From contig NC_090357.1 in NCBI RefSeq assembly GCF_035084215.1, positions 16,554,001 to 16,618,000 of the forward strand: DNA of 64,000 bases, read 5' to 3'. Position numbers and translations under genes: made by a program. Source of the stretch: Heptranchias perlo (Eukaryota). This document shows, in pieces, positions 1-13,165 of this stretch (positions within the stretch are counted from its first letter, which is position 1; each line of letters begins with the position of its first letter). A model generated the notes under the pieces. The model searched no databases, had not been told where the DNA came from, and saw nothing but the letters and a program-made list of their open reading frames with translations.

Positions 1-1189
1 TGTGGAGGAAAGACATTTTTTTTACTCCTGAACTTATCACTGTACTAATCCATGAGCCTGTTCCATATACCCTCAGCAACACTGAAGGTCTGTGGCCAGC
101 GTATCAGTCCTTCAGAAAATCATAACTACAGCAGTATCACAAGGATTGCTGGTAATTAAACCTGTGCGCCAGGAACACAACAGCTGCTGCGGGCTCACCT
201 CACCAATTGGCAACAATCTGAAAAAGGCAAAATTGAAGACTGGTGAAAAAGCTTCACACACTTTTCCTTTGCTTCTGGAACTCTCAGCCAGACAGTGGTG
301 TCACCTGAACCTTGTCATTGGAATGCAGATGTTCAAAGGCAAATCACTGATTGAACCGAGGTTGCCAGAGCACATGACAAGCCCAGAGCCCAGTACAATC
401 CCTCCAAGTGTACTACCAGGGACCTCCGTGTGAGACATCTATTCTCATACTACCACCTCCAGAGCAGTTTTTTTTATCCACAATATACTTAATATACAAA
501 AAAATAAAGTTACCATTCATGTGTTAAGTCCTTAAAACATAGCCTTACTGATTGTATTCTTTATGATACTTGGTGTGGAATTCATGGGGTGGGTTTATTT
601 CGATATAGTTGTGTGTTTTATTTTCTAACTAGCAGCAAGTGTCACGGTGGGCACCAATGAATAGTTGGCTCCCAAGCTTAGATCGCAATTTGAACTGCAG
701 TGATATCAGGTGTGTTATATTGTTCGTTACTGGTGGAGGAGCCATCTTTTCCTGAGTCCAAAGAGAATAAAGATGGGGCAGAGAACAGCATCGTGGATTG
801 AGTTCTGATGCTTTACTGCGATCAAAATTCATCTGAAACCTTACTAGCATCAATAAGTAAGGAATCATGTCACAAGACAGAGGCAAACTCAAAAAAATGG
901 ACTCCTCTTTTAAAAAACAGATTTTGGGTGTCTGACTTTCACCTTAGAATTTGCGAACAGTCCACTCAAAGCTGAACAGGTTCCAGTTCTAGTTATAGGG
1001 ATACTCTTTTCTATCTGGCAGTGTTATGTCAATTGCTGGCTTGTGTGGTAAAATTTCTATAGATATCACACTGGTGTTGGCATATTATGACTTTACTTCA
1101 AAAGTGTGAAAAACCCACATTTCTGCACAAGCAAATGGTCAGTGGTGCAATTATCTACGTTGATTGTCAGCTTGATTTTTGTTAGAATT

Positions 1190-2097
1190 ATTGTCCTGAA
1201 TTTCCTGGAGACTTGCGCCATTGTAATAGCCCTCCATGGCGTTGGATTCGTTTTGCAGCACAAACGTCCTAGGAAATTATGACGTAAGTGAGTTATGTCA
1301 TTATTCAGGCTGCGCCATAATTTCCTGGGGCTTTTGCATCGCTGCGCCGAAACCGTGAAAATTTGATTATCTTGGTTCTGCCGCCAGTCAAGTCAATGGC
1401 GGTCAGAAATTTCCTGGATTTAGACTAGTTTTCTCGCTGCAGCCAGTCATTGAAAAATAATGGCGCGGGTGAATGTATTTAAATTCATGAGCTCAAAATA
1501 ATTGATTAAAGTAAAATAAAATCTCTGCTCTTTCCTGATATATTTCATGCTTAACTAAAACCTATCAAGATGCTTCTTCTTCATCATTGTGTGTTAGTTT
1601 ATTGTATTTTGTGTGCACGGTGTAGAGGGCTGAAGTGCTGATGAAAGTGAGAGTCGAGGAGAAATTTGATTAGGTCTGAAATAGTCCAGCATGCTCCCGG
1701 TACGCGCCAGAAGGCAGAGGCCTAATGATCATCTGAAATTGGGCCATGGACCTCAACTGAATAATTCTGGCCAGCTGCCGGCACCCGTCCGGCCTCCTGG
1801 GGCAGCTCTCCGATTTCCTCTGGACCAATTTGGGCACAGAACCCAGCTGAGGGGAGGGGTAATTTAAATTCAGAACCTTAACTTTGTGAAGTGAAGGAGG
1901 AAAGTAAAGCATCAGTTCAAATTCACAAACCATTCTGGAGCTCACCTATACTGGTTGCAGTTTTTAAAATCTTCACTACATGAACTACATAAGGAGCAAT
2001 GAATGGTGCTTGTGACAGGAATTCTATCAAGGTAACAACTACAAAATATTCCTCATGCAAACTACCATGAAGTGAGTGACTGTTAAATTCTACCCCC
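1190..2097. mobile_element. Degenerate non-autonomous DNA element(s), Harbinger-MITE-like
   Basis: CpG-richer block with aaatttcctgg/gaatttcctgg motifs and an aaattctacccc end similar to other MITE termini in the window. Confidence 0.35.
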
Positions 2098-2604
2098 TTT
2101 TATGCCATATTTATCATTTTTAAAATGTTTTATTTTTCAATCTCTCCCTTCTCCACTAATCAAATTGAGTTACATTTCACAAGTTATCACCATACACTCT
2201 TATGGTTCCTGCCTTTGAAGTGTTATCTGAGAGTCTTTATACAGAAATACCGCAAAGAATAGTCTTTCTTGTTATCACCAATACACAATTACTTGCTCTT
2301 TTCAAACCAAAATTATACTTGGTGCAGTATTAGGGATTGAGATACAATTGGTCAACACCACCTCCTAGTGGTTGTTCCTACAAATGCATGCAAAGCTCAT
2401 TCTGCTGCTAGCACTATTCAGAAAATACCTTCCTATCACCTTTCGAGGTACACAACTTATTTCATACAACACCACAATTTTTTCTCTAAGTTTCTACATA
2501 AATGTTTCTATTTGATAACTCTGTAATCTGCTGCCAGAAAATGAAACAGACAACAGAGTATTATTGTTTGCCCTCAGCTGAGATTTCTCCAAGTGGTGGT
2601 CAAC

Positions 2605-2790
2605 AGAGCCCTTTCCTGTGCCTCACCCCGTCCTTCCTCTCACAATAAAGATAGGACCCGAGTTGCCCTCGCCTTCCACCTAATGAGCTTCTGCATTCAC
2701 CAAATCACCTTCAGCCATTTACGCCACCTATAATTGCAACATCAAGCACATCTTCCCCTCTCTGCTTTCTGGAAGGAATTTCGTTCATTT
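2605..2790 (+). mobile_element. Penelope-like element remnant
   Basis: Degenerate translation resembling DRxPLVLxFHP...ILRHFRHL...HIFPS, recalled from vertebrate Penelope-like elements. Confidence 0.45.
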
Positions 2791-2799
2791 TCATTATTT

Positions 2800-3200
2800 C
2801 ACCATCCTGACTGTAAAGGGTGCCAATGATATGCCCATACTGCACCCAGGCTGATGTTATGTAGACACCACCTCCACCAGCTGTGGCTGCCTAAAATGAT
2901 CCTGTGCCATAGAAGTTGAGCGCAGTGGTGAACTTCATTGCCACTAAGAGAGCAATGTGGGCAGATCAGTATGTGGCACGTCACAGAGATGCCCTATTGC
3001 CTCTTTGATGAAGCACACTCCTCTTGGACACAACTCCTCAGAAAGGTCCTCTTAAGATGTGTGCTGCCTGCATATTTGGGGGGAAGAAATATTAATTGGT
3101 GGACTGCATTCTCCTTAAATGGTGCCTGACTCTCCTTAGCTCCATCCTGTGCTGCTGCTACTCCTCCATGGCATACAATGGCCATAAGGAATGTTATGTC
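2800..3200 (-). mobile_element. Decayed PIF/Harbinger transposase, N-terminal region
   Basis: Frameshifted translation DLSEELCPRGVCFIKEAIGHLC.../ALLVAMKFTTALNFYGTGSF* resembles the Harbinger/HARBI1 ALxFxATGSFQ region. Confidence 0.65.
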
Positions 3201-3283
3201 TGCTCCTGAGAAGCCTTGACTGCACTTTGTCAAGGGGAGGGGCGGGGTGGTAAGGGGTCTGAAAATATGCCTGAAGCTGACAG

Positions 3284-3820
3284 AAGCATGTGCGGGTATT
3301 TGTACTCAGAAATAGACAGGTTAAGTGAGTGAGCAAGAAGGTGGCAGATGGAGTATAATGTGGGGAAATGTGAGGTAATTCACTTTGGAAGGAAGAATAG
3401 AAAAACAGAATATTTTTTTAAATGGTAAGAAGCTATTAAATGTTGGTGTTCAGAGAGATTTAGGTGTCCTTGTGCACGATGCACAGAAAGCACAGGCTGT
3501 TTCCCCAGGCTGGAGACTCTGGAACTAGGGGGGGGGGGGGGGGGGGGGGGCATTGTCTCAGGATGAGGAGTAAGCCATTTCTTCACTCAGAGGGTTGTGA
3601 ATCTTTGGAATTCTTTACCCCAGAAGGCTGTGGATGCTCAGTCGTTGAGTATACTCATGGCTGAGATCGATAGATTTTTGGATTCTAAGGGAATCAAGGG
3701 ATGTGGGAATCGTGCAGGAAGGTGGAGTTGAGGTCGAAGATCAGCCATGATCTTATTGAATGGCGGAGCAGGCTCGAGGGGCCATGTGGCCTACTCCTGC
3801 TCCTATTTCTTATGTTCTTA
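3284..3820 (+). mobile_element. CR1 LINE 3' fragment with internal deletion and poly-G
   Basis: WQMEYNVGKCEVIHFGRKN then jump to the RLFP...TRG region; CR1 tail ggctcgaggggcc...cctactcctgctcctatttcttatg. Confidence 0.85.
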
Positions 3821-4381
3821 AATCAAAAAAGGGACACCTTAAAAAGCATTCCCAATTCTCCAGACTCAAAAAAGCTCCTCCCTTCCGCTTTCATCAGCTG
3901 ATCATGGCTGCACCTCATATCCCAGTCTAACTTACCCAATGTATTATCAGTGCAAACCCAGGAAACTCACAGCTGCTGCGCCACTGACACGCACTCTGAC
4001 AATATACAAATTGAGTCAGTAGGGACTCAGCGAGCAGATAGGCTCAAAAAATTCAATGAACTCTGGGTAAGCATTATAATGGCAGAAATCAGGCAGAAAA
4101 ACTTCCATCCAATTTTTATGCCCAAAAAAATCTGTGCCGTTTATACATCACTATATCCCTGTAAACAGCAAGGTAATCCACCCCCCACTCCATAATTTTC
4201 ATAAATTTCTTCTGCACATCTTTTGCAATGCCGTCTGATTTTATATGTATAGTATATATGAAAGAGAATATTCACTGAATTTTCTTCATCCTTGGATTGC
4301 CTTAATAAGTTCAGTTAGTTCATCTGCTCTTTACAAAACCAAGCTGACTGCTCTCAATTATCCTATGCGTTCCACTAAATT

Positions 4382-5160
4382 ATAGGAACATAGGAATGGG
4401 AATAGGTCATTCAACCCCTCAAGCCGGTTCTGCCATTCAATGAGATCACGGCTGATCTGTATCCTAACTCCATCCCCTCCTGCCCTGGCGCCATATCCCT
4501 TAATAACCTTGGCTAGCAAAAATCTATCCATCTTCAGATTAAAATGATTAATTGAGCTAGCATCTACTGCTTTTTGTGGGAGAGTTCCACACTTCCACCA
4601 CCCTTTGCGTGAAGAAGTAATCCCTAACTTCTCTCCTAAATGGCCTGGCTCTGATTTTAAGGTTATGTCCCTTTGTCCCAGACTCCTCCACCAGCAGAAA
4701 AAGTTTCTATCTACCCTATCATTTCCTTTCAAAATCCTAAAAACCTCAAATCAAATCACCCCATAACCTTTGATATTCCTGGGAATATAAGACTAGTTTA
4801 TGTAATCTCTCCTCATAATCTAACCCTTGGAGCCTTGGTAACATTCTGGTGAATCTGCGCTGCACTCCTTCCAAGGCCAATATATCCTGTCTAAGGTGTG
4901 GTGCCCAGAACTGTACACAGTACTCTAGATGTGGTCTAACCAGGGTTTTGTATAGCTGTAGCAAAACTTCCCTTTCTATTCTAGCCCTCTAGCTATAAAG
5001 ACTAAAATTCTCTTATCCTTTTTGATTATTTTTTGTACCGGACTACTGCATTTTAGTGATCTGTGTACATGGACCCATAAATCTCTTTAGACCTCCATTG
5101 TTCCTAGCTTCTCACCATTTAAAAAATACTCAGATCTATCCTTTTTTGGTCCAAAATGGA
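4382..5160 (-). mobile_element. CR1 LINE 3' fragment
   Basis: LYKTLVRPHLEYCVQFWAPHL motif; CR1 tail with (taggaaca)n repeats. Confidence 0.9.
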
Positions 5161-6957
5161 AGACTGGTGTTATGGGTTCTAAAGGTTTACCCACAAGTGA
5201 AATAAACAAACTGGCATATTCCCTCTAAGAGGAATCACTGTCATCAATATCAAGATTTCACAATGTATAGATAAAATTTATTGTAAAAGAAATGTTCTAT
5301 ATTCTGATCTGTGACAAAGGATCACAATTGAAAGTATGAAATATATCAGTAAGATCCATACTTGCATATTAAATGTGCAGGACTAATTCTAATGGAATAG
5401 CCAGGCTGATTGATCACCTACCTAGTGAGACAGCTAGTTGTAAATTAGTAGCTAATTAAAACAGTAGGTTTTTTTTCCAGATGACATTTACAAATATTGT
5501 ATCCAAGTATGGTGAGCAGAGCCTTAGCGTTAAAAGTGCTGTTTCAATTAAAGTTGCACCACTGTGTCTTATTGTTTAAAGTGCAAGTGACCTCAGTACT
5601 TCTTGAGAAATAGATATTAACCAACTGGTGTTATTCAACACATGCTCAACTTACCAGCACATTAAACTGGGAGGTGCATTGTTGGAATTTCTAAAGGGAA
5701 AAACGTAACCATTAAGGCTATGTTCTTCATACCAGCATTACAATTTGTAAGCACCCACATTTTGAACATTTAAAACAAAGTTTCTGCAGTCACTTGCTTG
5801 AGCAGCAGAGATTAATTGGTTTATAGTTGAGTGGCCTGCCTAGTAGATAAAGTATGCAAGGTGCGGTATGTACAGGAGTAAGAGAATATAAATCAATGGG
5901 GATTTGAAAATTGGTGATAGATGACAGCATTTAGATTTGGAACACTGGCTCTTATAATGGGGAGAATCTGGGAGGAGAAAAATGGTTGTGAAGAAATTTT
6001 GCTCATGGAGAGTTCCTGATTATTCTTGGTATTCAGGCAATTATAGAGTGTATCAGGGATTGCTTCCAGCCTGCAATAATGAATTGTAATACACATACCT
6101 TTAACATTACCTAGGGATGGGGGGAAAACAGCACAGGAAGAATGTGTATTCCCATTACAGCTATCAACAAGGATACTAATTGTTAAAGAGTGCACCATAT
6201 CCTGAATAGGACAAAGGAATCTGTTAATTAACAGCAAGATTTAGATGTAATTTAGAATGTCCTTCCCCACATTCACAATAAATAACTGAAAAATCAGCTA
6301 GAGTAAAACGTGAACACAAACTAGATTAACAACAGACCAAAGTGAAGAATGTCAACTGCAGTGACTAGTAGTTAATTAAAATTAAAACATTGGGCATAAT
6401 TTATATTTAGGATTAGCTGTCAATCTATAAGAATAGCCTTGATACCCCAGCATCTTCAGCTCTAAGGCCATCAAATGTTAACTGCAGGTTCTCTGCTTTT
6501 GGTAAACCTGGAGTTACAGAATTAACCTTGTATGTACGATATTGTCTGTATTGCAATGTATATGGATAAGAGCAAAGTATTAGTCACGATCTGAAAATTG
6601 TTGAATAAGCAGCACGTATTTTAAGTAGAACTACACTGCATGGCTAGCCATAAGCTGCTCTTAGTAGTTCACGGGCATAAGACACATATCGTCATGATTT
6701 ATTCTTTAACCTTCGTACCTACAGCACTTGCCTCTTCCATGGACACTGCATAAATATATACATTTTTTAAAAATAGGAACACCTAGCTGAACAAGGCAGA
6801 ATCTTGGGATTCTACTGACATTCATAAAGGATTGTGCTGCATGTTGAATTATGGTGCTGTAGCTCATTGCTATGAAACTCTAAGCTGGAATTGTATTCAA
6901 TTCTCAGGAGAAACAACAGTATTCCAACTCACAGTGCCACTCAGGACCAATAGTGCT

Positions 6958-6963
6958 TTTATT
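6958..6963 (-). terminator. Candidate distal polyadenylation signal AATAAA (RBM7 long 3' UTR, inferred)
   Basis: tttatt on + at the end of a repeat-poor AU-rich block (6960-8150) that looks like a minus-strand 3' UTR. Confidence 0.4.
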
Positions 6964-9900
6964 TTGAGTTATATGAATTTTTACTGTTATATGTGGACAT
7001 GGTCATGAAAGTGTGTTCCACGGCTGCTGTGTAGACAAAGCCATGTAATGTATTTATATATAAAAAATACAAAAACAATGAAGGGGGGGAAAAAACTTTT
7101 ACTTCCAAAATGTTGCTGGTTGCACAGTCTGTTCACAACTGTACATGGGAGGAAAAAGTGACAAAACAGTTTGGGAATTTTTTCCCCCAGATACAAAAAA
7201 AAAAATCACAATATAACTTACAACTTGAAGGAGAAAATACATTTGAATTTCAACCTTTTCTGGCACATGAACAATGCCAATTGACATGACAGTACATTTC
7301 ACAAGCAAATTTCTTAATGACAGTATATGCCAAAGCTATTTTCAGGAACTAATAAAGTCAGACTGCACTGAACAGGTCTTCCTACAAAAGTGTTTTTTTT
7401 TATTTGAAATTTTAAAAATTCTGATATTGCAAATGTACAGAAAAATTACATGCTGTACAACAGCTAAATAGAATGCTATAAAAAAACCTGTGCTAAAATT
7501 TAGGACAGTGACAACAGTATTTTAAATTTTTCCTAGTACTTAAAATTCCACCACCTCTTCCTCATTATAGTTTACAATAGTTAACGTCCCCATTTTCACC
7601 CCTTTTTTTAAAAAACATGGGAACAAAGTTAGAGACCTCCCAAAAGGTAAAAATGAGATTAAGTAATTAAAGAAACTAAGTTACAAATAGACATTTTATA
7701 AAAGCAAAAACATCTAGTTAGGATACAAAAGTGTGAAGTAGCCACCATGTTCCTGGAAAAATTCCAGTCTTTTGTTCATGAATCCAGGTTTTTTTTTAAA
7801 AACTCAAAATTTTACTTTAAAAAATCTGCACAAAATTTGCCGTTTTAAAAAATTCTTGTCCGGTTCATTTAGGTTATAAAAATATTTTTTTTGCTGGTGT
7901 ACTGAAGACCAGAGAATACATTATTCTTCATGTGCAGCTGAAAAAGGTACACAGAACAAAATCACTATACTGCATAGGTTGGTGAGTCCATCAGTTTCAG
8001 GTGGGAAACAGTAAAATTTGACTAGACGTAATTTTAAAATCAAGAATGTGAAAATTTTTTAAGACAAAAATGAATAACCAGTGCAATACCCACCAACAGG
8101 AAATACTTGCACTCTACAATACAGTTATTGTAACTTGAATTTACCTGCACTAGTGAACTACTCCCAAAACAAACCATACTGCCAGTTTGAAGGCCCATAC
8201 TGCTTTAAGGCAGCAAAATTGTGATAAACAACTTATTTTCTGAGTATCAGTACAAAGTGGAAAACAAGTAAAACAGCAGGGACTTTTGCCGTATAGGCAC
8301 TCCACCACCCGAAGACTGTGCACCGTTCTTATGTGCTCATTTGTTTTGAAGTGCGGGAGACTGACACCACATAGTAGCTCCCTACACTTACACATACAAA
8401 ATGGCTCCTTTACCCGATAGCAGTATCGCAAACCCACTTTGTGGTCTATGATTCTGTCACCTGGATAAGAACTGGATTTAGCAGTGTTCAAACGGATGCT
8501 GGATTCCCACCTTCCAAACTGAACAAATGCCAATGCAAATGTGCCTTCTGAAGTCAGGGCTGGGTAACTGCACTCACCTTTACCAGGAGCATGCTACTTT
8601 CCAGCTGTGTGAAGCTAAGAAACCACACATATTACAAACATCAGCAGATGCAACATCAAATTTTTGTTGGTCATTCTTGCAATTCCTCACTGCATCTGAT
8701 CCTTTATACTTTACTGGAGCTCTTTTCACCCCAAACTTGCCCATCTATACCAAACCTAAAATTCCTTCCCATTTAGAATTTTTTTGAAATAGACAATTAT
8801 TCTTTTGTGACTGAAGATATCGCTAAGGGATATCCAACACAACTTCTATCTTTTAAGCAACATTTTTATAGCACTGGTCATGGTTCAGTGAGTAAATCGC
8901 TCATTTTAAAATCAGTTTACCAGATGTACCTGGAAATTATGAATAAAATATAGTGGTCAATATAGTAGAATTGAGTTATAGCAATTGATTTGGCCAGTAG
9001 CCCTAATGCTCACTATAGAGAACTGGCCAGCACAGGCAATCCCTCATATGCTGGTGAGCAGCATTCTGCTTAACAGTGCTGCTTGTGTGGACTTGCCAGA
9101 ATTAAACAGAAAAGCACCAATTGGAAGAATGCTGACATTCTGAGATACTGGTTGAGCACCTCATTAAGCCAGTTGTTTAATGTTCTGATGAATACTGAGC
9201 AGCAATGCTCATCCATTCAACAAGAATGGTCACTGCCTCTGGGAAGCATTAACAGAAGGTACAATGGGGTGGAAAATCTAGCACAAGACTGATCTGTATA
9301 ATTGATCTTAAAAAAAATCCAGAGCTCATACATGGGTGTTGGCACACTCAATTTGGCATCTGCCTGATCACTACAAGTAGATTCCATTCACATGCAATCT
9401 GAATGGGATATAAATCATTCATGTGATACACAATCAATCATTTGCTCTGCTTTTTCCCTAATACTTCTAAAAAGTAATCTTATTTCCATTTTACTGGCAC
9501 TGCAGAACTAGACGTATATGTTTGAATTTTGGTTCAAATTTACTCCCTATGTAGACCACATGGTAAAGGGTCACTGGGATGAGATTGGGGGGGGGGGGGG
9601 GGGGGGAGGGGAAGTTAGATAGATCCTTCTCCCCACCCCCAAAGAGGACAATTAGAACACAGAATGTTTTACTACAAGTAGCTGCAGAGGCAGAGACTAG
9701 TATCATTAAAAGGGAATTGGCTAGGTATATAAATGGGAAGGGAGAAAGGGAATGGGATTAGACAGCATCAGTTGAAGAGCTAGCACCGGCACATGGGCCA
9801 ACAGGCCTCCTTCTGTGTTGTAAATTCTATAAGCAGGGAACTTCTGTGCAGGCACTTTATAAAAAAAAATGCACAGTGAACTGGAGATGACAAAAAGTCC

Positions 9901-10056
9901 AGCACTAGCAGAGTAGAGAAAATTGCAATTATGCATATGAAGTTTTAACAGGTGGGGTTCCAGTTTAGTTCATTTTCATTGAATGTTTCTTCAAAAGGGA
10001 AAGAGGACTAACTCTACCACACCAATCAGACATCACCAATCCGACATTGTAATAGT

Positions 10057-10488
10057 TTATTGCCAATTTCCTCGTCGTCTCCCACCTCTAGAGTGCTCTC
10101 TCTTGTAATCATATTCCCAACTTCTGCTGTGATGTGAGGTGTGGTCATGTCGGAACTCAGTCTCACGGTTTCCCCTATAGTGCCGGTCTGAACTGGGATC
10201 CTGGAAACGAACATCTCGGGTAAAAAGGCTGTTATCCGACTGATAGGAAGAATGTGCCTGCTGCCTCTGGTTGCCCTGTGATGATTTTTCTGGATGCCTC
10301 ATCGTCTGTGGATTTGGACTGGATGACCGTGGCTGTACAGGGTTGCTATAACTCTGCGTTAGTGTTTGCTGGTTAGAAGGCATTCCGCGATTTGACTGCT
10401 GCAGTGTGGATCGATTGTTTGGCTGCTGCATTGAGGGAGTGTAATTCTGCTGCCCTCCCCTGGCCTGCTGCTGCCACATGTTGTTTAT
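10057..10488 (-). CDS. RBM7: RBM7 exon 5 (terminal, Q/S/R-rich tail)
   Basis: tttcag|INNMWQQQ...HSRSWEYDYKREHSRGGRRRGNWQ*; total CDS 882 nt = 293 aa. Confidence 0.88.
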   Translation of the reverse strand: MNNMWQQQARGGQQNYTPSMQQPNNRSTLQQSNRGMPSNQQTLTQSYSNPVQPRSSSPNPQTMRHPEKSSQGNQRQQAHSSYQSDNSLFTRDVRFQDPSSDRHYRGNRETEFRHDHTSHHSRSWEYDYKREHSRGGRRRGNWQ

Positions 10489-11179
10489 CTGAAAGTTAAA
10501 TCAAACAGTTTAAAAATCTGCAGAATAGAGTCAGAGCTAAACTGGAGATAGCAATGAGCTGATCAATGAAAAGTCAAAGCCAGGTACTCAACTTGCAAGG
10601 AAAACATAAATAAGGAGAAACTTTCCACTGGCAAGAGGGTCGGAAATCAGATTCTATGACTTTAAGTCAATGCAGGCAGAACAGAAAAAACTGTCCCTGT
10701 AGAAATTGGGACACATCCAGGAAACTGCTTCACTACCAAGAAACACTGCAAATGGCACAATTGGTCACAGCTTAACAATTCTGAATCAAAACCATGTTAC
10801 ACTTAAAATACTTAATTGTTATCTAGAAGGGAATACAAAATTTTAATCTCAGAGAAGCTCAATCAAAATAAATCAGCTCAACATTCATTTGAACTCTGTA
10901 AATTACTGCCCTATAATCTCAGACACAGAAGTGGGTGCTCCATGCAATTACTTCCACACTGGTGGATTAATGATAATCACTGCAAATTAAGTGATCATTT
11001 GGTTGATAACCAAGAAATAAATCTATCTATCGTGCAAAAGAGGCTCAAAACATTCATTATCACAAAAATTGGAAGCTAGCCTTTCTCCCCCTTAAAATTA
11101 TTTCAAATAGATAAATATAAAAGACGTATCATGGACTGTATATTCAATGGAAACAAACGGGAGGTATAAGGATGGGGAA

Positions 11180-11500
11180 GAGATCTTGTAATTTTGGTGG
11201 ACAGGTCAACATCAACCTAGTGCTTCCAGGTAAAGAAAACCAAGTTGGTATACACCAAATATAGTGGAACATATATTGCAAACAGGCAATTTGAAAATTG
11301 TACATAGCCTTGGTGAGACTACATCTAGATTTTCGTGCTTAGTTTTGGTTCGCCTACTTCAAGGGGCGATGTTAGAGAGGGTTCAACAGAACAACAAAAT
11401 TATTGCCAGAACATGGTAAATGACGAAGACCCTGGGACTTGTCTCATAGAACATAAGACTGGGGGTGACCTGATAGAAGGCATTATTATAATGGGATTAT
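11180..11500 (+). mobile_element. Old CR1 fragment
   Basis: Degenerate LYxALVRLHLDFxAxFWxPxxRGD and GDLIE motifs. Confidence 0.55.
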
Positions 11501-11940
11501 ATATGAAAAGGGTACGGTTTTCTGTCATGTACAGAATTTCAGAACAGTGGTATAGGAAAACTGCTAATGAACCAAGTTTTTTGTAAAAACTGGGCTACAA
11601 AAAAGAAAAAATTCTGGCATCTGCAAACATTCGTGGTATCTTACAAGAAAGGGTAAATTGATATATCCACTCAATATTTAATATTGTTTGCTTAAGAAAA
11701 GTTTAAAGAGTTAGGTCTCCATCATATTACTGCTCTTTAGTGCCTCAGCTCCACCCAATTTTGAACATTTGCGGTTTTAAAATCCAATATGGTCATAGCA
11801 CAGATAGATATAATGGTGTACACATGTACAATAATAGATTGCACCTTGAAATCTATATTTCATTTCTCACAGGTTCAGTTTTATTACAATAAACTTGGGA
11901 TGGAAATAGATCTTTCACAAAAGGAAATGATTTCACCTAC

Positions 11941-12043
11941 CATGACCTGCCTTTGAAGACTATCAGGTGAAGAAAATGACCTCTGTACCAACTGTGGAGT
12001 TGCAAACATGGGAAAGCCCGTATTATCCATTCCCCGATCAAAC
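11941..12043 (-). CDS. RBM7: RBM7 exon 4
   Basis: ttgacag acceptor; FDRGMDNTGFPMFATPQLVQRSFSSPDSLQRQVM contains the RBM7 QRSFSSP motif; gtaggt donor. Confidence 0.92.
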
Positions 12044-13074
12044 CTGTCAAGAGTGGGGGAGAAACTTTTCAACATGATCCAAGAAGCAATACAGACCTAA
12101 TACTTCTCAGAACTGCAAGAGTCTGTTCAATCCCAAGTAACTCAAATACTACTAACATGGGTGCAGTATACTGTTCAAATCAGGGCCCCTGGTGCTCCAT
12201 GATTCCACAACCACATTCATCACCATGAAGTTTCTCCCCTGCTATTTTGTCGTTTTCCTAAATTTTCCCCTACTGCAATTGCATTGGGACGACACCATTC
12301 TTCTAATCCCCATTTCTATTTTCCTAATCTCCTACAGATGAAATGTGCAAGGTAAAGAATGCGCAGGTCTTCCTAACATTGATCGCAACTGTTACACGCT
12401 CAGTCTAGTTTCACAAGTGTGGTTTACAAGGTGTGAAATGCTTAAAGTGTAATGAGCTGAAAATTAATGGGGACTAAGATTGAATTTCATCCGACATCAT
12501 TCAAATTCACTGAATGTTAAAACAGAATTACTGTCACAAAACATCTTTTGTGACAAACTTTACTGTCAAGTTTCCTGGCATCACTTCTTTATGCTGCACT
12601 TTTGTATTCGGTACAGTATGATACCCATTGTTATAAGACCACCTCCAAGCAGTGATTGTACACCAGCTTTGCTGCACAATAACTGCAGCCAGATGTTTGC
12701 TCCATAATACTGTACCAAACACACAACATCCAAAATTTCCCACATAATGAATGGTGCCAAGTCAGTAAAACATCCAGCTCTCTGCCCTAAAAACTAATAC
12801 CGTAACAGTACCAACAGCATAAAGCTGGCATTTAATAAGTAGCTGATTTTATAGTCTTGAACGGTTGGGTTTCTTCAAGACTTCATTACTTCAAGACAGC
12901 AAAGACTACCAATATTCAGAATCTAAATTCTGACAGAACAAGGCAACATTTAGGCTATTGCAAGTTCCACATTCCTTTTTTAAAGTCTGATATAGCAAAT
13001 AGATTACATCCCTAGCTAGCAACATGCAGAGCTGGAAAAAAAATTGCTGAACAATCACAAAAGGAAGTCTGTAC

Positions 13075-13165
13075 CGATTATTATTGAACTGGTTAGAATC
13101 GTGGCGACTGAGAGAAGCAGTTGAATTCTGAGACTGGTTTCCTTCCCGAGATTCGTGAACACTAC
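13075..13165 (-). CDS. RBM7: RBM7 exon 3
   Basis: cttcctag acceptor, (G)SVHESREGNQSQNSTASLSRHDSNQFNNN(R), gtacag donor; 91 nt keeps frame. Confidence 0.85.

Noticed and set aside
92-433. 113-aa ORF as the terminal exon of a host gene
   Set aside because: GTG start, no clear acceptor and no recognisable homology; better explained as decayed transposon or chance.
3527-3550. Long poly-G/poly-C tracts (also ~9586, ~26617, ~48394) as functional G-quadruplexes
   Set aside because: Homopolymers mostly in or next to repeats; lengths are unreliable and there is no evidence of function.
8150-8533. 127-aa Cys-rich minus-strand ORF, possible zinc finger gene
   Set aside because: Non-ATG start, no C2H2 or RING spacing and no recognisable family; more likely UTR or intergenic sequence.
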